A stretch of 64,000 nt of DNA from positions 78,058,001 through 78,122,000 of the forward strand of contig OZ024741.1 in the NCBI GenBank assembly GCA_964016885.1, written 5' to 3'. The notes under the pieces are model-generated. The model saw only the letters and a list, made by a program, of their open reading frames with translations. It was not told the DNA's origin and ran no database searches. The DNA comes from Eledone cirrhosa (taxonomy: Eukaryota). Position numbers and translations under genes: made by a program. Of the stretch, positions 53,160-64,000 are shown piece by piece (position 1 is the stretch's first letter; every line of letters begins with the position of its first letter).

Positions 53160-53812
53160 TAATATATAAGAGAGGTGCATAACCTACAATCATAATGTTG
53201 TGGGCTGGATTCTTGGTCCAGGTGGTGTATTGTGTTTTTGTACAAAACAATTCATTTCACATTGCTCCAGTACATCCAGCTGAAAATGAATAGCAGCAGT
53301 AGATGGGAGTTAACTCTGCAATAGACTGATATCATGTCCAGGGGAAGTCTCGTACTTTCAGTCACTTAACGCTGAGGAAATCAAGATAAGCATCAGCTTG
53401 TTGAGCCTCAGGGCTTGGGACAGACTTTAACTTTAAACATGGGTGACTGATCAACCTCTTTCCACCCACCACTACTAATTATTTGACTGACACTTAATTT
53501 TGTAGATCGTGGAGGAATAAAATGGATCCAAGTAACATTTAAACTTAATCCTTTAACTGCTGAGCTCCTGAATGCTTTGAGGCATCTACAACGTAACCCT
53601 GGACCACACCCTAAAAAAATAAATCTCCCAAATTGTGTTATGCCTGTAAACAATGATAATTGTGGATAATATAATATTATTACTGTAAATAAGTAAACAT
53701 CTAGTCACAAGTGAAACAATTCTACCCCAACTAAATCAGAGGAAGTCATGTTTCCATAACATTTAGCGTGCTAGTAATTTTTATGAGTTGTTTCCTGTGA
53801 CATTATGTATTA

Positions 53813-54003
53813 AGGGGAGGTGAATTGGCAGTATCGGTAGAGGGTTGGACGCCATGCTTTCTAGCATAGTTACGTCCCTTTACAGTCTGAGTTCAAATCC
53901 CGCCGAGGTTAACTTTGCCTTTCATCCTTTCAGGGTCGATAAAATAAAGTACTAGTAATGTACTGGGTAATTGCTGGCCTTGTGCCTAAAGTAGAAACAA
54001 TTA
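53813..54003 (+). mobile_element. Full-length OK-like SINE
   Basis: Complete head-to-tail match to the family, flanked by the repeat ATTATGTATTAAGGGGAG. Confidence 0.88.
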
Positions 54004-54817
54004 TGTATTAAGGGGAGATTACTCTATGGTGCTTTATGTCGTTGACAGTTTGTTAAAGATTAATTCCATCCATCCATCCAAGTTTCATCATCATCATCAT
54101 TGTTTTTATAACTACTTTTCCACACAGTGATGGATTGAATTGGATTTTTTGAGGCAGTATTTTATGGCTGTAAGCCATTCCTTTTAGTCCCCTCTTATGA
54201 CATGCAAAAATATGGTGCACCAGGGGATACACATTGAAAGCATTCACTTTAAAAGTAGTAGTGATAAAAACTGACATTTTCAGTCAGTCTAAACATGCAA
54301 TTGAAACTCCCACAACTAGCTATTTCATTAAAAGCAGTAAGTAATATTTACAACTAAAATAGTATATGTTTAGTGTGGTTGGTGCATATATCAAGTAAAT
54401 GGTATTATGGAATGAATTAATGCCATTGCTCGATATTAGCTACTGTGCATATGTCATATGACAAGAAGAAGTGTGGTTGGAATTAGGAAGGGCAACCAGG
54501 TGTAGCAATGATGCCAAAAATAGAATGTATGAGCAAGATGTGGTTTTCTGACCCATTTAAGAGGTCAGTAACTTCCAATAAGAACTGACTCAGACTATAA
54601 TGGTCTATCAAATCCATGCTAGCATAGAAAGTGGACATAAAATGAAGATGATGAGAACCATAAGAAAAGAACAATCATCAATTTGTCAATAATACAAAGA
54701 CCTTTTCTTATTTATAGAAATACATCACACACACAATCATACACATCTATTGCCATTAGTATTATGAATATTAGAATCCTCCTAAAGTAATATAGTTTGA
54801 TGAAATATCTTTCTTAC

Positions 54818-54861
54818 CTATCTGCAGTTTTGATAAAATCCCAACTCTTTGCCACACCATT
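54818..54861 (-). CDS. NUDT14: NUDT14-like exon (NGVAKSWDFIKTAD)
   Basis: Acceptor ttttctctatag, donor gtaag, 44 bp. Matches the NGxxKSWDFxKTxDS segment of NUDT14. Confidence 0.9.
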
Positions 54862-55064
54862 CTATAGAGAAAAAAAGTTTTATGTCAATATTATTAGGTA
54901 TATTTTATAGTACATTTGACAAACCTTTGCTATCTTTTGTTTAAATAACCTTGAAGTAGAATCATGATAGTAATTACTTTTCACTATGCAGAATGCCAAA
55001 TGATGTAGGGAAGAGATTATAGTTAACTAAATACCAGTCACATGTGAAAAAATGCTAGGATAAG

Positions 55065-55285
55065 CAAATGGAATGTTGAGTATTTGTGAGACAGTAGCCT
55101 CACACAGTGATGTCATCTCTTTCAAATGGAATGTTGTGTAATTGTGGGACAGTAGCCCCACACAGTGATGTCATCTCTTTCAAATGATATGTTGTGAGAC
55201 AGTAGTTTCACACGGTGATGTCATCTCTTTCAAATGATGTTTTGTATTTGAGGGACAGTAGCCTCACACAGTGACACCATCTCTT
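55065..55285. repeat. ~57 bp x4 minisatellite
   Basis: Unit approximately CAAATGGAATGTTGTGTATTTGTGAGACAGTAGCCTCACACAGTGATGTCATCTCTTT. Confidence 0.85.
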
Positions 55286-58193
55286 CTATAACAAAATTTA
55301 ACAGATTTGAAAAAATGTTTATGCTATTATTAATTTATTTTATTATTCCATAATGTTAATGTCAGGTTTCAAATACTATGATAATGAGGCTAGTAATTTA
55401 CAGAACAATGAAAGAGAAAAAGAAAGTTTAGATCATTAAATAATTTTTATAGGATATGTAATTACCTATGCCAACCTCAACCTGCGAGAAATTGCTGCCA
55501 AATCTTACTCAACTCACACCCTACTGCTTTAAAAGAGAAAGGCACGCTAGATAATATAATGCTATATACACCCAAAATGTCGTCCTGGTGGTCACAGTTG
55601 GAGTATCTTTGATTATAGGTGTTCTATTTGTGTTGGCCTGATGCTAAATAACAGTTAATTCATTTATCAACTCTGGAAGGATGAAAAGCAAAATACACCA
55701 GCAGAAATTGTACATAGATGATGAATTAGTAGAATTGCTAATTTTGGAATAATGCTTTGAGATATTAAGTTCCAAGAACCCTAGAAAATGTGGCAAACTT
55801 ATTAGTATCTTGCTGAAAAGATGATGTCTTGTAAAAATTTACTCCAAGGAAAACAATGAGAAACTATTTTTACATTCTTCAACAGGTCACTAAGGGCCAT
55901 TAGTCAACTTGACCTGATGGCATTTAAAGGAAAGGAAGAATTTGTACTCACTAATTACACTTTTTAGAAGTCTTCATGACTGGTGAGGAGGAAAGTATCT
56001 TCAAACTAGAGACCAGGCCCAAATGCTTGCTACAGAGGATCACTCAATTATGCCCCAATGGGATTTGAACTAAAAATGCAAAGAGTTGGAACAAATATTG
56101 CAAGGTAACCTGTCTGATGTTTCAATGATTCTGTCTTTCCACCACCAAAGACTGGTTACTTTATTTATCAAACTCAGAAAGATGAAAGGCAAAAGTGACA
56201 TTGGTGGGATCTGAACTCATAATGTAAGAAGCCAGAATAATTACGGTACGACATTTGGTCTGACACTCTAGAACTTCTACCAATTCACATAAATAGATAA
56301 TGAAAGAAAACAAAAAAAATGTTTGGACTTTTCAAACTAAATATTTGGATGGAAAGCAAGCAGCTGGCCAATATGATAAATGTTAAAGCAAAACAGTAGA
56401 GTTGATGGTTTATATTGCCAAACAGCAAATAAAATAAAAACTTGACAAAGTAGAATAATCTATTTTGCCACAAGAAAGAGAAGTCTAATGTTTTGGGTAG
56501 AGGCTCTTTGTTGGGGAAATATTAAAGATAAGGTGTTACCCTACCAGTTGAATTGTTTAATAGATTGTATAGCTGTACTGTCTGTGTGAAAGCAGTGAAT
56601 TAGCAGTGTTATCAGTGAGCTGGATTAAATGCCTTGTAGTATTTATTCTGGTTTTCTAAATCAAAATCTACTGAGGTTATCTTTGTCTTTCATACTTTCA
56701 GAGTCAATAAAATAAAGTACCAGTACAGGGTAGTGGAATTACAAGAATGTTGAAGAGGCCTGCCTTGTGGTATCTATTCTAGCTCTGAGTCTTCTGAGTT
56801 CAAATGTTACCTGAAAAATGATGACATGATATGACCGAGGCCCATATCATTAAATCATCAAGAAACCTCCTACACGATGCAACCTCATAGGAATCTGGCT
56901 AAACTTGAGCAGGTGAAAGATCCTAACAACAACAATGTGTGTGGTTTGCTGCAGCCATGGCAAAGTCATTTAATTCCCAAAGATCCAGTCCAACTTTTGT
57001 AAATTAAGTATCACGTAATGATGAATTGTTTCGTTTGCTAGCAAGTATAAACTGAAAATTGTTGGTAAAGATGTCAATGGCAAATCAATCCTGAGTATCA
57101 TCTCTTAAATCATTAGATGTTTAAATGATATTAGTCACTAATATCACCTAAATAGCCCTTAAATTTCTCCGGGACTGTTTATCTAGCTGTAAATAGGCAC
57201 CACAAGAAAGTATAGTTCTCCAGTTTTGATACAAAATATATGTAGAGAGAATAGAGAAAAGAGGATAAATAGATATACAGACAGAAAGAAACGATGGAAA
57301 ATAGATGGATAGATAGAAAGAAAACAATAAGGTCTATATATAGACAAACACTGAGAGACGTAATGATATAGTGGTAACTGTGGGTAACAAACAAAAAAAG
57401 AAGAAAAGGAATAATAAACTTTGTATATTCAAAGATGCCTGCTAAGCACTCTTACACAGAAGACCATGATGTTGTTTAGACCAATGTCACCTCTGACCTT
57501 TGATCAAATGGATTCCAGTCATAGCAATCCTGTCTGTTTAAGAATATCTAAGACTCATTCTCTAATGTGTCTTTTCCCTTTTTAGAATGGTGAGATGTGA
57601 TTTGAGTGAAATTTGGTTACTATTTCTAGCAGATAAACAACAACATAAAGGCTCCCTTACTGGCCCAACATGACCTAGTAATGAGAGATGGTCTCATTCA
57701 AATTTGGACAATCAGTGAATCAAGAAAATACCTTCAAACACTTTTGAAATTATGTAGAAAAGATAAAGTATTGTTACTTTATGATCAATACCTGCTAATT
57801 ATTGCATTCACAAATCTCAGAATTAACTGAAATACAGAAACCCATGATTTTGAAACTGTTGGTCCATTTACCCTTCCAAACTGGTTTCCCATTTCAATAC
57901 AGTATAAGAATCAGATAGAACAACATTAGTTGACAAAACAATTCTATTTGGAATTCCACAGGAAAAAAAAAAAAAAGAGTTTCTATGGGGTCTTTACAAA
58001 CATCAAAATACAGGCTAAAAATCAACAGCCAGATACAGCACACAAGAAATAAGCAATAGAATCTACCAGAACTTGAGCATTGAATTATATTGTATATGAT
58101 CTACACTAAAGCTCACTATCAACATGCCACACTGATGATGAAGATGAGAATGTCTTGAAATGTTAATGGACTAATGGATTTAGAAACATTATT

Positions 58194-58380
58194 AGTGGAT
58201 TGGCAGTATCGGTACAGCGTCATGCACCAAGCTTTGCAGCATAGAGTTATGGCCCTTTGCATTCTGAGTTCAAATCCTGCCGCGGTTAACTTTGCCTTTC
58301 ATCCTTACGGGATCGATAAAATAAAGTACCAGTAATGCACTGTGGTAATTGCTGGCCTTGTCAAAAGTAGAAACAATTAT
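58194..58380 (+). mobile_element. OK-like SINE
   Basis: GTGGATTGGCAGTATCGG...GAGTTCAAATCC...GTAGAAACAATTATT. Confidence 0.85.
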
Positions 58381-61001
58381 TGTTCCAAACTTAAAGGACT
58401 AATAAGGAAATTTTTAATAAAAAAGATTAAGCAGACACAGCTTTAATATAACCATTTTGCAAGAAACACTTCCTTATTTACACAAATATATGAGTAATGT
58501 ATGTGTGTGTGTATGAATGCACACACACACACACATTTTTATTTCTTTACTGGTTTCAGTCATTGGAATGCAACCATGCTGGGACACTGATGCCAAGGAT
58601 ATAGTAGATTATATTAACCCCTTGGAAGAGAGAAAAGGCAAAGTTTGACTTGGATAGCATATGAATTCAAAATGTAATGATATATAACCAAAGACTGATG
58701 TTCAGTGCTCTACCAATTCTACCATTCTGCTGTATACCAAAGTATATTTATGTTTAAAAGCATATATAGTTCTGCTGCAGAAGGAAACATGGCGGAATAG
58801 ATTGTTAGTAGGACTATGACTCTCGAACAAACAACCTTTATGATTATATTTCTAATGAAATAATTTAATTAGTTACGGCAAGTAACTGAGAATTTAGAGG
58901 GTTATAGTAAAATAACTAATTTCTCTATATAGCTGTTTGAGATATCTCCTTCATTTTGCTATGTCCACTTCCCACGCTGGTATGGGTTGGGTGGGATGCC
59001 ATCGTCTAAGTCAGTTCTTATTCAGTGTTACTGCTCTCATAAATGGCTGAGTTGCACATCTCATTCATATATTCCATTCTGGCATATATAATACAACAAC
59101 TCAATATAGAAATGTAGAGCTTATTAAAGGTATATGTATAGATAATACCTTAGATTGTAAGGTATTGTGTTATACCCAACAATAATTAGAAAACTGAAAT
59201 ATGATAAATGAAATAGTAAAATGTTTAAAATCAGAAGGTAATTGTTACATGAATTATTCAAGTTTGATGCACTTTCAGACAAGTCATATTTTTAAAGAAA
59301 GATTCCAAATAGCTTATAACTATCAACAATAGATATTAACTAGTTAGAAGTTTCATGGTACAAACTGTTAGACTAGATGTACAAATATAGCACATCCTTG
59401 CTGGCTAACCATGCATTTGCAATAATAATTCATTACAGAAAAGGAAACAAATCTTGATAGAAAAAAAACATTAGTTGATAACACAACAATCTTATATAGA
59501 ATTCCAGAATTAGAAACTAAGAGCTAACACATGACACAGCAATCTTGCAATACACTGAAAACAGTTACTAGTTATTGAAAGTAACTCGGAGTTAATGGTT
59601 GAAATTTTAAATTTACTGATGATGATATTATCAGAAATATCACTCCTATGATTTTTTATGCTCATTATAAAAATGCAACAAAAAAGACACTTAACCCTTT
59701 AACGTTTAACATGGTCACTTGACCTGGCCTTGCTCACAACAGGACAACCCATCTAACCCATGCTAGCATGGAAGAATGGATGTAAAACGGTGATGATGAT
59801 GATATATAATATTTTTATCACTTTATATCTATTTTCCATACTGGTATGGGTTGGATAGGTTATGGCCCAGAGACCACATCATGCTCATCTGTTTCATTTG
59901 TATGGTTTCCACAGCAGGATGCCCTTCCTAGCATCAACCACTGTGCACTGGGTGCATTTTATCATGACATTAGCCCTACCACCTTAAGGAGTGTTCTTAG
60001 TGCATTTTATAATGACACCAACACTATTGAGATTGTTGTGATCTCAGCAAGGCAAAGAGAGGCAACAATGAGTAAGTATAACATGAGGGTATAGCAGAAG
60101 AGATATTGTGGAGCAAGCAATGATGGCAACATTTATTATTGAAAGAGAGAGGGAGAGCAAGTATGAGTTAGGTATTGCTAGAAGTGACCTTAAGAAACAT
60201 TGAGAGAATGAGATGATGGCTAGCTACTCAAAGAGTTTTGGCTGGGATAAATTCATAAAATTGGAGGGATTGGATATATACAGGATTAAGTATAACCCCC
60301 TTTATGTGGGCATCATTGAGCAATGGATATGAGAGTTGGTGGGTGCACATCAGAGGGTAGTGGGAGTATGATAGCTATCTCTAATTTTGTAGACAGAATG
60401 GTACAAAGAATCTGAAAGAAAGTGAGTTAGAATGATTTAAATGAGAAGAGGGTGAAATATAGCAGAGTAAGGATGTGTGTAACAGATTAAAAGAAGAGAA
60501 CTCTTTTTTTTTGTTTCACATATAAATTCATGCATATACATACATAAAGATATGTACAATACTAGATTATTTTTTTGACTTATAGGAAGAGCATAACCTA
60601 TGCCTTTGGGAGAGGGTGTGTGCACAGGACTATACTTAAGCTGTTAGAACTGAAAATCTAAGAAGAGACCAGCAAATATATGGTTCATCTTTTTATTTAC
60701 TCAAAAATATTTAAGATGGCACCTGGAAATGAAACAGGCATTTTACAATGAGTAAACCCTATAGCGTGCAGACAAAAGAAAGCTTTACATAAAGGCTTAC
60801 TGCAGTAGGATGCAGAGCATCAAGACATCATCATCACTATTTGATGTCAATTTTCATGGGTTACACAGATTGTTACATATTGAGGCTAAACTTGTCAGGT
60901 AACTACATCTTGCTCGTACATTCCACTTTTACCTTGGTTTCTATGGTTGGATGCCCTTCCAATACCAACCACTTTAGAGTGTGTACTCGTAGTATTTTAT
61001 C

Positions 61002-61421
61002 GTGATTCCAACATTATCTAGTTATATTCAGACTGGAGACTTGCTCTGAATGCTTGCTTGTCAAAGTCAGTGCAAGTCAGCATATATATATTTGCACACG
61101 TGAACTCTTCTAATGCTTACCTACTACACTATGTGATTGAGAAAAACAACAAATATCTATACAAACACCAACATAACACAAAAACCACAACTAGTGAAAA
61201 AAAATAGTTTTTGCTTTACCTACCTATCATGTTCTCTTAAACCATCTACGACTTTCTCTTGGTTATTCTGAAGTGGGGTGTAAAAATTCATATTTACAAT
61301 CTAATCATTCACAATGACAGACAAGATTTTATCATAGAAAGACAATTCATTCATTCTAGTTCAACAAAACCATCACAATAATTATATTAAACACTACTGT
61401 AAACAAGCTAACAAGAGAATC
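61002..61421. repeat. Inverted partner of 30867-31293
   Basis: Reverse-complement match, e.g. TATCTAGTTATATTCAGACTGGAGACTTGC and AACAAGCTAACAAGAGAATC. Confidence 0.9.
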
Positions 61422-62510
61422 GCAACATGTTCACTCACGACGGTTAATTTTACAATACTGTTATTGAAACACACACCTTATAGACCCTTTGAGAAAGTTG
61501 TTGAGTTTGAGTCAACAAGGGAGCTTCTATGAAATCCTATGACCTATTAGAAATGGGAGCCAAATTCCCATAAAATTAAATCCTATCGTCTTAAGTAACG
61601 AAGAACATATTGGACAATATAGTCTCTGATATACAAACTACAAATGGTGAATTGGTAGAAACATTAAAACACTAGAGAAAAGGCCTTGGAATATTTATTT
61701 TGGCTATTTGAGTTCTGAGTTCAACTTCCACCAATGTCAACTTTATCTTCCAGGGATGATAAATATTGTACCAGTCTAGGGCAGTGGAATGACAGAATTG
61801 TTAATGAATCAGACAAGGTGCTTTGCAATATTTGTTCCAGCTCTTTGCATTCTGAACTCAAATTCCACTATGGCTTAACAGAGTGGTAGACAATCTGCCA
61901 CTTGGTTTAACCTGGTCCTTTGGTGCTTTTAGTAGAGTTTACTGTTGTAACCATCCAGGCTGGGTCTCTAATTTAAGGATGGCTTTCACCTTATCACCAA
62001 TCTATAGGAGCCCCCAGAAAAGGGTCATGGGTATTGCCCTTTCTCCAAGCTAAGCAAGAGAAAAAGCAAAACAATGACACCTCTTAAGAAAAGAGCAAAA
62101 ACAACTGAAGCATAAAATAATAAAAACTGAAGACAAGGTATCTTCATATAGGACAATGGAAGGTGGGCCTGTCACCAATGGGATGACTCTGGATGGCACT
62201 ACTTTTCAATGTTGTGTCCTCAGATTAATAATATAGAGTTTATAAAAAATATCCTGAAATACGTTGCTTGAAGTCTTGTCTTTACTAACTTCTCTTTTCA
62301 AAACATGAACAAAGAACAACAAACAAAAATAGTTAACCAAAGATAGTCATAAAATTCTATAGGGAATTAGAGTGTTCATTTAGAATGTATGTGTGTGTGA
62401 TGTGATCATCATTTTTCCATACTGGCATGAGTTGGGGGAGATTATTTTGAGGCAATATTCTATGGCTGGATGTCCTTCCTGGTGCCAAACCTCAATTGGG
62501 TAAATATATA

Positions 62511-62655
62511 GAATATCCCACTCGATTTCAGTGGCAAAAAATGTTTTTCCTTGGTTTTACTCATGTGCTATAAATGGAAACCCTAAACATCTAAGAAATC
62601 CAGAAACAATTGAGGAAAGATAATTTTTTCCCCACTGAAATCGAGTGGGATATTC
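62511..62655. repeat. ~30 bp inverted repeat with ~80 bp spacer
   Basis: GAATATCCCACTCGATTTCAGTGG / CCACTGAAATCGAGTGGGATATTC. Confidence 0.8.
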
Positions 62656-64000
62656 CATAATAATATCTTCAATTGTTTTTTTAAAGTAAGGAAGGTACTG
62701 ATTTTTGCTGAGTAGTAGGATTCTCTGCAGAACAAATATCACCACCTGTGATGTCGAATGCCAACAGAAGGGACAAACATACACACACACACATATACGA
62801 TAGGCTTCCTTAGTTTCTATCAACCAAATTCACTCATAAAGGATTAGTCAGCCCGAATTTCTAGTAGAAGACATTTGTCCAAGATGCCACGCAGTGGGGT
62901 TAAGCCCCAAACCATGTATGTGTGTGTGTATACGTGTATATATGTGTGTGTATACGTGTATATATGCATGTGTGTTACATATTGTAAACTTCAATCCAGA
63001 ACATTTCTTGTTCATAGATTCAATTTAAACTTAGTTTTTTTAAATATCTTTCATCATATATCTAGTAATTATTTAATTTTAATAATTAAATACATTCAAC
63101 TTGATTTACAAATGATCTGCAGCATATTACACGTAACCTTAGAAACACATTTCAAGTATATGCAAACTATTGACATTGGACACGACACCTCATCCTAAAC
63201 TATTACAGGTATCTGAGTAATTAATATGCATGCATATACGATAGTACAGGAGCCACAATATAATGCATCCAGTAAACTCTGTAAAATGATTGGTGTTAGG
63301 AAGGGCATCCAGTCGTAGAAACCATGCCAAAAAATGGAATGTAGGAGCAAGACGTGGTCCGACGACCAGTCAAGAAGAACAGTAACACCGAATAAGTGAG
63401 GCGGACCATGACATGTTCAACACATGCTAGCGTACTGAGCTGGTGTTTTCTTTATCGGCCCTGAAAGGATAGAAAGCAACGTGGACATCAGTGTGACTTG
63501 AACATGGAATGCAGAGAACAAATATCGAACACTCTAAAGACACTGCTAAATCGACTGCCATGTATGTGTGTACACATGGATGTTATAGAATGGTAGACAG
63601 TTATTAGACAGGGTATTTAAGTATATATGTCTAGATACTTTTTACACCAAATACCTGAGAAAACACACATACACTCAATAGAAATTAACATGAACAGTAA
63701 AAATTTACATTAACACGCGCACTACACAAACATGTCTTGAATTAACACTATGTTATCTTTAATAAGTGAAAAAAACCCCATTAAAATCGAGAATATAATT
63801 TCTATCTTCCCATCTGTATTCATTTTGGACTTGCTTAAAGATGATTCGCATTCTTTTGTCGGCTAGACGAACTGAGGTTTTGAGAGCTAAATGTTTTGTC
63901 CTTCACCGTTCGGACAACACGCGATTCATGTGTGAAATTAAACAGGATAATAATTGAACAGACACCGAAAAAACAATATTGGACAAAAAGGTGTGTGGGG

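Noticed and set aside
56482-56518. Possible CpG-decayed hammerhead remnant (minus strand CCAACAAAGAGCCUCUACCCAAAACAUUAG)
   Set aside because: Too many core positions are changed to support a call.
54862-64000. First coding exon of NUDT14
   Set aside because: I found no segment resembling the N-terminus with a phase-0 donor. A donor-like site near 63655(-) has no supportable coding frame.

Overview
AT-rich, repeat-dominated eukaryotic DNA. The tRNA-derived SINEs resemble octopus OK/OR-type SINEs, which together with the RTE LINEs and (TA)n tracts suggests an octopod cephalopod (inference). One host gene is clearly readable: four coding exons of a NUDT14-like Nudix hydrolase on the minus strand (54861 to 23863). 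I could not find its first coding exon, which probably lies beyond the window end. Three phase-compatible plus-strand exons at 12.4-14.0 kb may be the end of a second, unidentified gene. The rest is nested mobile DNA: about ten RTE LINE copies with a PHD-like finger, a frameshifted Penelope-like element with ~530 bp inverted ends, Helitrons, a pogo/Tigger deletion derivative, a solo LTR and SINEs. The most notable non-coding structures are (i) several type I hammerhead ribozyme motifs, including an intact one in the sense strand of a NUDT14 intron (52163-52257) and one split by a Helitron next to its cleavage site; (ii) a ~10.5 kb tandem array of ~88 bp palindromic mariner-type MITE units joined by variable (TA)n, with two RTE copies at the same unit position; (iii) a SINE-LINE chimera under one target-site duplication; and (iv) inverted repeat pairs bracketing NUDT14 exons. 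All calls were made by eye, without database searches.
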